From the NCBI RefSeq assembly GCF_001194135.2, contig NC_068998.1, forward strand, positions 13,595,662 through 13,634,799: DNA of 39,138 nucleotides, read 5' to 3'. This document shows, piece after piece, positions 12,571 through 23,752 of this stretch. A model generated the notes under the pieces. The model worked only from the letters and a program-made list of their open reading frames with translations, was not told the origin of the DNA and did not search any database. Position numbers and translations under genes: made by a program. How positions within the stretch are numbered: position 1 is the stretch's first letter; every line of letters starts with the position of its first letter. The DNA comes from Octopus bimaculoides (taxonomy: Eukaryota).

Positions 12571-12701
12571 TGTTCTTTCTGTGGAAGAGCATAGGCTCGA
12601 AACATTAACGACTTTTTCTATTCCCGAGCGTTATACTAATACATCTATTTGTTTTCTACAACGCCTGTCATCGTGTGTTTTTTTTTTGTGAATTCTCCCT
12701 A
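12571..12701 (+). mobile_element. Interspersed repeat with degenerate hammerhead motif, copy 2
   Basis: CTTT-CTGTGGA-A-GAGC(ATAG)GCTC-GAAA-CATT-AACG at 12575-12610. Same family as 1022-1146; runs into an N-gap. Confidence 0.55.
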
Positions 12702-12909
12702 NNNNNNNNNNNNNNNNNNNNNNNNNNNNNNNNNNNNNNNNNNNNNNNNNNNNNNNNNNNNNNNNNNNNNNNNNNNNNNNNNNNNNNNNNNNNNNNNNNN
12801 NNNNNNNNNNNNNNNNNNNNNNNNNNNNNNNNNNNNNNNNNNNNNNNNNNNNNNNNNNNNNNNNNNNNNNNNNNNNNNNNNNNNNNNNNNNNNNNNNNNN
12901 NNNNNNNNN

Positions 12910-12943
<34 letters not shown>

Positions 12944-13394
12944 TATTTATTTGTATATATATATATATACATATATATTTATATATATAAATGTATTTAT
13001 ATATATATATGCATATATACATACATATATGTACATACATACATATATATATGTATATATACATGCATATATGGGTACAGGACATCACAAAAATGTAGAC
13101 AAAATGAGAAACGAGAATATAAAAAACAAAAACATAGAAAACGAACTTTTTTCGAACAACGACAGAAAGAAAGAAACAGAGAAATGAAACAAGCAACATA
13201 AAGAACATTCCCTTCATCAGTTGTCCCCTGTTTTATATACTCTGTGTTAAAACAGTCCTTCCCGCAAAGCAAATTCAATAAAATTTGGGATTTTTTGTGG
13301 AAGGTGAAAGTGGTAACAAAGATAAGACAGTGAGAACAAAACAAACGGTGAGGGCTGTTAAGCCAAGACGATGTAAAGTAGTGAACGCTGGAAA

Positions 13395-13894
13395 AATGTA
13401 CCTGAAGGCATCGAGGAAAATAGAAATGCAAAGATCCTATGGGATTTTATGATTCAGTGCGACCATGAGATAGAGAATAGGAAGCCAAACATAATCTTAA
13501 TTGAGAAAGAAAACAAACTATGCTGGATCATAGATATAGCATGCCCAGCTGACGACAAGGTATGTGAAAGGAAGAAAGAAAAGTCGAGAGATATGACAGG
13601 TTAGCTTGGGAAGTTAAGCAGTTGTGGTCGATGAAAAAGGTAGCAGTAGTACCAATAATTGTTGGAGTCCTGGGGACAGTGAGCAAAAATCTCGAGAAGT
13701 ACGTGGAACAAATAGGGGCTGCAATAAGGGTGGAGCACTTGCAGAAAACAGCACTGCTTGGAACCACTCAAATACTCCGGATGGTGCTCGAAAAATAAGG
13801 GGTGTTACATTAGTTCACGGGTAGTGAACAGCTGACACTGTAGTACATCTCCAGTGTTAGAAGCTGTGCAAAGGTAATAATAATAATAATAATA
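13395..13894 (+). mobile_element. 5'-truncated non-LTR retrotransposon 3' end, RLE (restriction-like endonuclease) type, R4/Dong-like, with (TAA)n tail
   Basis: From 13401 it translates as PEGIEENRNAKILWDFMIQCDHEIENRKPNIILIEKENKLCWIIDIACP. After one frameshift near 13580 it continues VERYDRLAWEVKQLWSMKKVAVVPIIVGVLGTVSKNLEKY...LQKTALLGTTQILRMVLEK* (stop 13796-13798). This is the RKPD-x-D RLE signature, with D read as N here. A short 3'UTR and (TAA)n at 13875-13894 follow. Confidence 0.88.
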
Positions 13895-13934
13895 GGAGAG
13901 TATTGTAGTTCGCTTGAAGCATTGTGTATTGTTT

Positions 13935-14123
13935 GTAAAGAATAAAAAGTTTAGGAAAGTATAACAATGCACTATAGCAGAGATTCCAGCAAATAAGATC
14001 TGAAGAAGGAATTCTAATTCCGAAATATCATCGGACTATAGTTTACCAAGTTACAACGGGGATATAGTCCATTTTTTGTTCTATAGTGCATTGTTATACC
14101 TTCCTAAACTTTTTATTCTTTAC
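13935..14123. mobile_element. Small fold-back element (43-bp inverted arms) carrying the hammerhead; probable Penelope-like terminal-repeat remnant
   Basis: 13935-13977 and 14081-14123 are reverse complements with 1 mismatch. There is an inner hairpin GGACTATA/TATAGTCC (14033-14040 / 14063-14070). (TAA)n lies on both sides (13875-13894, 14124-14138). Confidence 0.65.
13997..14032 (+). ncRNA. Minimal hammerhead ribozyme motif (Penelope-like element type)
   Basis: GAT-CTGAAGA-A-GGAAT(TCTA)ATTCC-GAAA-TAT-C-ATC. Stem I is GAT/ATC, the core is CUGANGA...GAAA, stem II is 5 bp with a tetraloop, stem III is the palindrome ATAT, and the cleavage triplet is AUC (cut after 14029). Activity is untested. 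Confidence 0.7.
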
Positions 14124-16054
14124 TAATAATAATAATAAGGATAATGAAATTTTTTTTAATGAGTTTTTGGTCTTGGATGTAATGGGTTTGCATATAGATG
14201 TTCTTAATCAGAGCTGATCTGTGGTTAAGCAACAACAGCAACAACAACAAAGTTAAAACTGATGTTGAATGGCAGTGAAGTTGTTAATGAATGATTTGAA
14301 TAAGCAGATAAAGGAAAAACAACAACAACAACAACAACAACTGCAGCAACAGTAAAACAATGAAATATAAAATTTGTGTGTACAAGTTGGTTTTCTCAAC
14401 TAAACTGATAAAAACTGATTAAATACTATCTCCTTCCATTTACACTGGATGCAGTAAAAGCTTAAATTAATTTTTTTTCTGCAGACTTCAAAATAAGTAA
14501 ATAAATAAAGAAAGAAAGAAAAAAAGAAGGAAAGGAAAGAAGAAGAAGAAGAAGTGGAAAAGCAGTATCTGGAACATCAATTCTGACACAGAATTTGAAT
14601 CAATAACTTTGGCAATATCAACGTAGCTTAAAGATAAGACAATAAGCTCAGTGCAACAGTGCTCTAAAGATAAGGCATTCTTGCACAAACAGTATACAAT
14701 AAGCCTTAACTATCCAAGTCTGCGTCTACAATATAATGTTTCAAATATCTAGGATTTGGTTAAAGTTCAGACAATTAAATTTGACAGAAAGAATCTTTAA
14801 CGAAGCATTGATTCAGTGAAGGAAAGATAATTATTTTTGTCGAGGTTTGTTTTTCCCCCCTTTTTTTTTTCTTTAATTTATTTCTGTTTTGCTTTCCTTT
14901 TTTCTTTTCTCTCTCTCTTTTTTTTTTTTTTGCTTTTATTAGGGGAGTTGAAGTACTTGTGACCTTTTTTTTAGAGTGACTGAGATTGATTGGGAGAAAG
15001 TTAGCTTCAGATCAAAAGAACCGGTCAGAACTCTTGCCTCAAAATGGACTCTGCCAGAGGTGTTTAAGTGCCAGGTGTTTTCATATTATGGTAGGCTGAT
15101 TAACTGATTAAATCATCATCATCATCATCAGAAACATCATCATTATCATCATCATAAACATCACTATCATACAGATAACATTTGTTTTTCCATACTTCAT
15201 GTGTGTGTGCATGCCTGCATGTGTGTGTGTGCATGTTAAGGATGGTGGTTTTCATTGAAAACACTGAAAAACAAAATCTGTCAAAGGGTAGATGAACACA
15301 TTAGAGTCAACCATCATCCAACATCTGGGAGAGAGAATCCCTTTTTTGTTTCAACAACCCTTCAGGAGAAGTAAAACTCAAATATAATATATGTGACTTC
15401 ATTTGCATCCAATGATGTAGACAAGTTCTTTTTATTGTGTATTGCACACTAGAGCTGATTTGTAAATGGGTACTGAAACACTGAGGCTGTGGTTTACAAA
15501 GCAGAGGTGGTTTCCAACAACAAAATGACACACACATGGAAATATGTTTGAGCAATTGAGGGCTCATTTAAGATTAGGCTAAATGACCACAGATCCTCTT
15601 TTAGGATCTCAGAGTAGCACAAGGTTACAACATTAACTTTTTATATATGGTGATTATGAGGAGCGACACCTAAAAAATTAACTGAAAGTTACAGGAACAA
15701 CCTTAGTCATACCTCAATGGAAGCAGACGGTGCAAACTTTGCTTAGCTGAGGAGACATTGATCCTAAAACATTTGTGCGACCAAAGCACCTTCCTGAATT
15801 CAAAAAGTGAAATTTTTAGCCACTGCCTTCATGTCAGATAATTCATTTTGGAAATCTGATCTTCCCTATTTGTGTACTACAGAACAAGAAAAAAAATATA
15901 CGAAGACATAGCTAACCTACTTCAGCCACTGCTGAAATTGTATAAGGTCAAGTGATTCTCTTTTTTCTCTCAGAAAGGTTTTTTGTTTGCTTCAATTTTT
16001 TCATCACCATACTGACCAAGACTGCGTATTTACCATCATCAGTAAAGAAGCTAC

Positions 16055-16150
16055 CTGCTTCTGATCAACATGTCTGATAAGCTGTCTATATTGCCCAGTG
16101 CAATAGTAGATACAAAACCAGCAACTTTCTGGCCAGTTATATGCCATAAC
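16055..16150 (-). CDS. Candidate internal coding exon (96 nt, phase 2/2) of an unidentified gene: LWHITGQKVAGFVSTIALGNIDSLSDMLIRS
   Basis: Acceptor ...ttgtatatcctag| and donor CAG|gtagct. The frame is open, lies in unique non-repeat sequence, and joins in frame to 12219-12299. Confidence 0.5.
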
Positions 16151-16855
16151 CTAGGATATACAACTCAAATACATAAAAGTGAATTAGTTGAATCACATTT
16201 ATTCATGTTCTTTATCCACTTCTGTATTGTATGCTTCTTCATTCTTGTTCTGTTATGTTTGGTCCAATTACCTGGCAGCTTATTGTTGCTGGCACTACCA
16301 GAAGGGAAGTAATATTATTGTAAATTTCGAAATTGTGTATATATAATTTACTTATAAGCTTTCATAAGTTAACAAAGGAAAAAGACACTTGCATATTATG
16401 TAATAAAATGGGCAGATTATTTATACATTATAATAAATTTTTTTACTTTCATAACAGCCAATTCATTTTACCAAATGGATCCATATTAAAGAATGTTTCA
16501 AGTGTGGAAAGGTAAATTGTGTGATTTTAATTTACTTTTCTACGTTCTGACAGTTTTTTAATATGAAACCATTTGGTAACATGAAATGGCTGTTATGAAA
16601 CAAAACCTATAATACTGTATAAATAATATATACACAGTCATTTATTCTTTTACAGATTTCAGTTATTGGACAACAACCACACAGAGCCCACCACCACTGC
16701 CACCTTCAAAAGCATAGTGAATCATATCATATCAACAAAATTTCATTTATAAAACCTAGTTAATGCTTTATTGATCTCTATTTTTATTGAACCACTAAGT
16801 TATGGCACATAAACATCTGAAAACATGAACACAGACATGCAAACTTTTATGCATG

Positions 16856-16928
16856 TGCAAGTGTCTTCTACTATATTATCAGGCCTTGTGAGTGGATTTG
16901 ATAGACAGAAGATGAAAGAAGCCCATTG

Positions 16929-16967
<39 letters not shown>

Positions 16968-17173
16968 GTGTGTGTCTGTGTTTGTGTGTGTCCCTCCATC
17001 ACCACCTGACAACCAGTGCTGGTGTGTTTGCATCCCCATAACTTAGCGGTCTGGCAAAATAGACTGATAAAATAAGTGCTAGGCTTAAGAAATAAGTACG
17101 GGGGGTGGGGTGGCCGAGGTGGTGCTCCAGCATGGCCACAGTCAAACGACTGAAACAAATAAAAGAATAAATA
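16856..17173 (+). mobile_element. SINE family A, 5'-truncated, with (TG)n spacer
   Basis: GCAAGTGTCTTCTACTATA...GCCTTGTGAGTGGATTTG...GGTGCTCCAGCATGGCCACAGTCAAACGACTGAAACAAATAAAAGAATAAA. Confidence 0.88.
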
Positions 17174-17237
17174 CATTGAAGAATTTCCTTTATAATTGTT
17201 TGACTCTGCTCCACATGACTTAAATTACATGTGTGTA

Positions 17238-17269
<32 letters not shown>

Positions 17270-17754
17270 TATTCAAATAATTATTTAAAAACTATTTAGA
17301 AATGCTTCAGCTTCAAAGCTGCAGCCATGGTGGATGTTTACTTTTTATCTAGGATAATTATTTATTTATGAAGAGATAAAAAGTATTAAGTTATTGCTTG
17401 TAACTCGCATAGTTCAGATCTACCGAACAGAGCAGTTATATTGACTCAGTTAATATATTGTTAGAAAGATGTAATGAATTTTTCTTTAGTGTCCTATTTA
17501 GAGGTTGTTTGCTTAACACTGGAAAATTGAGTCCAGCATTGTTTTTGAAGATACTTCTAATTTCTTGAAACGATTAGCTATTCAAGACTCCTCAATAAAT
17601 GTTTGGTATATGTTGTTAAACACCTTCAACAACATTTATCATCAGATAATGTCTCACAGAATTATTAAATTTTTATACACTCAGAATATAACATAATCTT
17701 AGTTCAGATATATTGTTATTATATACCAAGTTTTTTTTTAATGCTATTTAAATA

Positions 17755-18142
17755 TTCTTTTATTCTTTTACTTGTTTCAGTCATTTGACTGCGGCTATGC
17801 TGGAGCACCACCTTTTTTAGTCAAGCAAATCGACCCCAGGACTTATTCTTTGTAAGCCTAGTACTTATTCTATCGGTCTCTTTTTGCTGAATCGCTAAGT
17901 TACGGGGATGTAAACACACCAGTATCGCATGTCAAGTGATGTTGGGGGGACAAACAGACAAAGACACACACATATATACGACGAGCTTCTTTCAGTTTCC
18001 ATCTGCCAAATTCACTCACAAGACTTTGGTCAGCCCGAGGCTGTAGTAGAAGACACTTGCCCAAGGTGCCACGCAGTGGGACTGAACCTGGAATCATGTG
18101 GTTGGTAAGCAAGCTACTTACCACACAGTCACTCCTGCACCT
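17755..18142 (-). mobile_element. SINE family A, full-length antisense copy
   Basis: Colinear reverse complement of 29123-29525 from tail to head. Confidence 0.9.
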
Positions 18143-18192
18143 ATATGTTCACTTTTTTTAAAAAACTTCAATTCAATTTTGTATTACATTGT

Positions 18193-18666
18193 CGTGGCCA
18201 ATGATAGTACTGCCTGATTGGTACCCATGCTGGTGGCAAGTAAAAAGCACCATTCGAGCGTGATTGTTACCAGTTCCACCTGACTGGCTTCCAAGCCAGT
18301 GGCATGTAAAAGGCACTATTTGAGCGTGGTCGATGCCAGTGCCAACTGACTGATCCCATGCCGGTGGCATGTAAAATGCACCATTCCAGTGTGATCGTTG
18401 CCAGTGCTGCCTGACAGGCTCCCATACTGGTGGCACATAAAAAGCACCATTCAAGTGTGGTCGATGCCAGTACTGCCTGACTGGCCCTTGTGCCAGTGGC
18501 ACGTAAAAAGCACCCACTATACTCTTGGAGTGGTTGGCGTTAGGAGGCGCATTCAGCTTTAAAAACTCTGCCAGATCAGATTGGAGCCTGGTGCAGCCTT
18601 CTGGCTTGCTAATCTTCAGTCAACCCGTCCAACCCATGCCAGCATGGAAACGATGACAATGATGAT
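18193..18666 (+). mobile_element. SINE-like family C (RTE-type 3' end, (ATG)n tail) with internal ~66-bp tandem units
   Basis: GTGGCA anchors at 18233, 18299, 18364, 18430 and 18496, then GTGGTTGGCGTTAGGA...CCAACCCATGCCAGCATGGAA and a GATGA tail. Confidence 0.85.
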
Positions 18667-18834
18667 ATATATGTATATTGGGTCATCCCATAAATAATAG
18701 GTAGGCAGGTGCAGCCCACCCCAACCTTTGGGCTGGCTGGTGCCCATTCTCCTTTGCTATCATGAGGCTTTTTTGGAGCTGGATTTTCTACGGGGAGCAT
18801 GCCCTTGCTTACCCCCAACATCAGNNNNNNNNNN

Positions 18835-18964
18835 TATGTATGTATATGCATGTATGTATGTATGTATATGCATGTATGTATGTATGTATATGCATGTATG
18901 TATGCATGTATGTATGTATGTATATGCATGTATGTATGTATGTATGTATGTATGTATGTATGTA
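18835..18964. repeat. (TATG)n/(TATGCATG) compound microsatellite
   Basis: Directly visible. Confidence 0.95.
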
Positions 18965-19464
18965 TAAACATACACACACACACATACTGGACTTCCAGGT
19001 AGTTTCCATTGATCAAATTTTGTTCAACATGGTACTGATTAACCAGGCCTACATTAAAAGTTACTTACTCAACATACCATGGAATGGTACTGGTCTAAAA
19101 ACCATGTGACTATGAAGCTTACTTCGAAGCCACATAACCGTATCAGTACCAAAATTGTATCATTGTCCAATACAAAGAAATTTCTTTTTACCAATATGTG
19201 ACTCCTAAATCCCAAGTGCTCAAACATATCAATACAAATCTCAAAGATAGCAGAATCTGAATAGATTTCTGTTTGCATTTTCTATGTTGTCTATCACAAT
19301 GACATTTTTTTTTTTTTTGCTTTCTTTTTTTCTAATATGTAACTCTCTTAAATTATGAACCTTACCAATGCAAATATCAAAATTGGGTGGATTTGAGCAA
19401 ACATCTATTTTACATTTTCCAGTATGTAATTCTCATAAACAGTGTGTGCACAATCAAATCAATG

Positions 19465-19510
<46 letters not shown>

Positions 19511-20163
19511 CATACATACATGTATGTATAAGGAAAAAGTCGGGCTGGTATTGAACACAAAATTGAAAACTTTAAAGCATTCAGTTGGGTGCTAATGGTT
19601 CTGTCAATACAGCAGACTTTTACAGACACCCAATATATGTTCTAATGGACAAAGAAATACCAAAGATAATAAAAGAGAAAACTAATATATTCCACAATAT
19701 TGTTGTTGGATTCTGCATTATAAATAACTGGAGTGTGAAAGGTTAAGTAGATGCTTATAGAACACGAATTAAGAAATCTCACAAATAATTATTTATGTTT
19801 ATATTGACCTAGGTATTTTTTCCTCTGTGTGTGTGTGTGTACATGTATGTGTGAGGGTTGGGGCATGTTTTGATTGCTTTTGTGTGAGCATCATTGTATC
19901 AATGGACATGTATGCGGGCAACGTATATCCAAGTTTAAAAAATAAAAAAAAAAGAGTCTCCAAAATGGAATACAAACATTAAGCTTTAGATAAATAACGA
20001 AAGTTTTCTGACAAATTAATAATGATGATGATGTTTATGATGATGATGTTTATGATGATCACGATGATGATGATGATAGCCAGGAAGGAGGAGGGAAGAA
20101 TATTATGATAGACAGATGTTAGGTAAGTATACACATAAACATATATGTAAACATATATGCATA

Positions 20164-20257
<94 letters not shown>

Positions 20258-20312
20258 TAATAACAATAAATGGAGCAAAACGCATATAAATAAAGATTCT
20301 TTTAATTCCTAC

Positions 20313-20360
20313 TCATGTTTCAAAATATATGTGTGCTTTCCTCCAAAGAAGTAAGAGCTG
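20313..20360 (-). CDS. Candidate upstream coding exon (48 nt, phase 2/2): SSYFFGGKHTYILKH
   Basis: Acceptor ttccag|cag (NAGNAG) with a CTGAC branch-like motif ~26 nt upstream, and donor TGA|gtagga. In frame with 16055-16150. It is short, so a chance match is possible. Confidence 0.33.
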   Translation of the reverse strand, partial: QLLLLWRKAHIYFET

Positions 20361-20513
20361 CTGGAATTCCACATATATTCATCGTCAGGGAACCAACATA
20401 TAAAAGCAAGACAAATGCGAAATGATGAGGTAACTTACAAGCTATATTACATGGCCATATAGACATACATGCATACATACATACATACATGTGTGTGTGT
20501 GTGTGTGTGTGTA

Positions 20514-20882
20514 GGTACAATGGCTCAGTGGTTAGGGCAGTTGACTCGCAGACATGGGATCACAATTTTGATTCCCAGACTGAGCATTGTGAGTGTTTAT
20601 TGAGCAAAAACACCTATAGCTCCACAAGGCTCTGGCAGGGGGTGGTGGGAAACCCTGCTGTACTCTTTCACCACAACTTTCTCACACTCTTCCTGTTTCT
20701 GTTGTACCTGTATTTCAAAAGGGCCAGCCTTGTCCCACTCTGTGTCATGCTGAATCTCCCGGAGAAATACATTAAGTGTACAAGTGTCTGTGGAGTGCTC
20801 AGCCACTTGCATGTAAATTTCACGAGCAGACTGTTGTGTGGATCAGTTCAACTGGAACTCTTGTTGGCATAACTAACAGAAT
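20514..20882 (+). mobile_element. tRNA-derived SINE-like element, family E
   Basis: A-box TGGCTCAGTGG (20521-20531), degenerate B-box TTTTGATTCCC, TTGAGCAA core-like block. GC-richer body between microsatellites; only one copy in the window. Confidence 0.55.
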
Positions 20883-20884
20883 GC

Positions 20885-20933
<49 letters not shown>

Positions 20934-21776
20934 GGGTTTGTCTTTNNNNNNNNNNNNNNNNNNNNNNNNNNNNNNNNNNNNNNNNNNNNNNNNNNNNNNN
21001 NNNNNNNNNNNNNNNNNNNNNNNNNNNNNNNNNNNNNNNNNNNNNNNNNNNNNNNNNNNNNNNNNNNNNNNNNNNNNNNNNNNNNNNNNNNNNNNNNNNN
21101 NNNNNNNNNNNNNNNNNNNNNNNNNNNNNNNNNNNNNNNNNNNNNNNNNNNNNNNNNNNNNNNNNNNNNNNNNNNNNNNNNNNNNNNNNNNNNNNNNNNN
21201 NNNNNNNNNNNNNNNNNNNNNNNNNNNNNNNNNNNNNNNNNNNNNNNNNNNNNNNNNNNNNNNNNNNNNNNNNNNNNNNNNNNNNNNNNNNNNNNNNNNN
21301 NNNNNNNNNNNNNNNNNNNNNNNNNNNNNNNNNNNNNNNNNNNNNNNNNNNNNNNNNNNNNNNNNNNNNNNNNNNNNNNNNNNNNNNNNNNNNNNNNNNN
21401 NNNNNNNNNNNNNNNNNNNNNNNNNNNNNNNNNNNNNNNNNNNNNNNNNNNNNNNNNNNNNNNNNNNNNNNNNNNNNNNNNNNNNNNNNNNNNNNNNNNN
21501 NNNNNNNNNNNNNNNNNNNNNNNNNNNNNNNNNNNNNNNNNNNNNNNNNNNNNNNNNNNNNNNNNNNNNNNNNNNNNNNNNNNNNNNNNNNNNNNNNNNN
21601 NNNNNNNNNNNNNNNNNNNNNNNNNNNNNNNNNNNNNNNNNNNNNNNNNNNNNNNNNNNNNNNNNNNNNNNNNNNNNNNNNNNNNNNNNNNNNNNNNNNN
21701 NNNNNNNNNNNNNNNNNNNNNNNNNNNNNNNNNNNNNNNNNNNNNNNNNNNNNNNNNNNNNNNNNNNNNNNNNNNN

Positions 21777-21832
<56 letters not shown>

Positions 21833-22427
21833 CATACATACATATACATAAATAAACCCTAAGTATAACAATACTGTTCATGAACACCAATCACAGATGA
21901 AGGTAGTTTAATATTCAGGTCACTGACTTAGGAAAATTTTCCTCAGGGTGATTTAATGCTAATTTACTAATTTGGTATGATGCTGCATGAACAAGGAGTT
22001 ACGACTTGTTAATGCAGCAAGATAATTAGACAAACTTAATTAAACATGTAGGAATAATTATCTCTACATATTATTACCCTGTCACTTCTTGGAAAACCCA
22101 ATTACATAACTGATTATTTCCCCACTTCTACAAATCGATCAGGGTGTCTCTCAGATGAGGTCATTTGAACTGCTTAAGGCATAAGAAACATCATTAAAAT
22201 TTCACTTTCCAACATTGAATTAATCCAGTGCTTTATATCTATGTTAACCTATACATAATTAATAACATTCTCTTCAGTGAAATTAACATAATATAATGAA
22301 CCTTGGATTGATTACATTAACACAGTAGCATAAATGTTTACACAATTATCATTATATTATTAATGCATGCATAATATAATTTACATAAAGCAATATCTTA
22401 CATTCTAAAAAAAAAGCTGGTAATCGA

Positions 22428-22615
22428 GGATGAAGACGATAAGGAAGGTTGTGGTAGGGATTATGATGATGGTGGTGGAGATGATGATGGTAATGATGGT
22501 GATGTTGATGACAGCTATAGTGGTTGTGGTGTTGATAGTGTTGGAAGTGTTAGCAGTGAAGAGGATGATGGTGGTTATGTTAATGATAATGCTGGTGATG
22601 CAGCTGCAGATGGTT
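22428..22615. repeat. Degenerate (GAT/GGT)n trinucleotide tract
   Basis: Directly visible; the source of the M/V-rich pseudo-ORF. Confidence 0.85.
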
Positions 22616-22770
22616 GTTACATAAATTCGTACATGATATTGTTATTTACAATAGTGCAACTATTTATATTGTTGCAACAATTAAATTAAGAAATGAAAAT
22701 ATTTATACAATATTTCATTATTGTATTCGGTTTACAAGATACTTGATGTGAACTCAAGCATTGAAACAGA

Positions 22771-23399
22771 TTTTCTTGTTTCTTGGGAGGGTCATTATGC
22801 CAATAATAATCACACATGCTGGTTCTGTTCACTTCGTTTATCATTATTATTATTATTACTACTACTACTCAATTCCTTAACAATTAACAAATTAACTAAT
22901 CAATTGATTCATTAATTATTTTGTCACTTTGTCAACAAGCTAGGTTTGTCGAAGTCCTTTCATTGTGATTCATGACCTCATCAATGACATGCCCTCTAAT
23001 TTGCTGAAACCAAGAAAAAAACTTCGATAAACCTAACTGATTCAATGATTAACTGAACCATTAATCTAACAATAAATTAGTTGATTGGTTAATGTCAATG
23101 AATTGACTAATAATAAGGGCTTCAAAGTTTTGCACAAGACCAGAAATTATAGAAGAGAGTATGTTGATTATATCAACTGAAGTGCTCAACTAGTTCTTAT
23201 TCTATCAACTCTGACGCAATGAAGGGAGAAGTCAGCAGAATTTAAAGAACGGGAAGAATTGTTGCTAAGCAATTTGTTCAACATGGTAACAATTTTGCCG
23301 ACTCACTCAGCCAATTGAGTAATGATAATAAATGAAGTGAAATAAAACCAGTGCATGTAGTTATCATTGATATAATGACCCTCCCAAGATACAACAAAA
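22771..23399. mobile_element. MITE-like element with ~90-100-bp diverged inverted arms, containing a SINE fragment
   Basis: TCTTGGGAGGGTCATTAT (22781-22798) is exactly inverted at 23372-23389. Similarity continues to 22874 / 23313. An antisense SINE lies at ~23117-23308 inside it. Confidence 0.6.
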
Positions 23400-23752
23400 T
23401 TTAGAGAATAATGTACAAATTTCTAACTGCAAAAACATCATAACATTTTAAAGATAATCACAGCTGAGCTTCTGAAACTTAATATATCTCAACTCTTGAC
23501 TAAAAGATTAAATACAAAAAGAACAATATGATCACTGATGCAACTCTGCTGTATCAAAATATTCATAAAAATAATGTATTCTTGTATTATAAAGTCATTC
23601 AAAGTTAGAATATATAGAAAAAAATATTGATTTTATTACAATGATGCAAGGCCACACAAATTTGTGAGGAGGAAACAATTGATTACATCAATAAAATATA
23701 TAGCTTGACAATTATTTATTTTATTGGCTTTGGTAGGAGGAAAAGTGAAAGA

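Noticed and set aside
15980-16080. Minus-strand fragments DSLSD / FTDDG / LGQYGDEK resembling the L1CAM-neuroglian FIGQY tail
   Set aside because: The pieces lie in different frames separated by stops; judged coincidental.
18193-18530. 66-bp periodic array resembling CRISPR repeat-spacer spacing
   Set aside because: Whole units are homologous to each other (no unique spacers), and the array is part of a dispersed retroposon.
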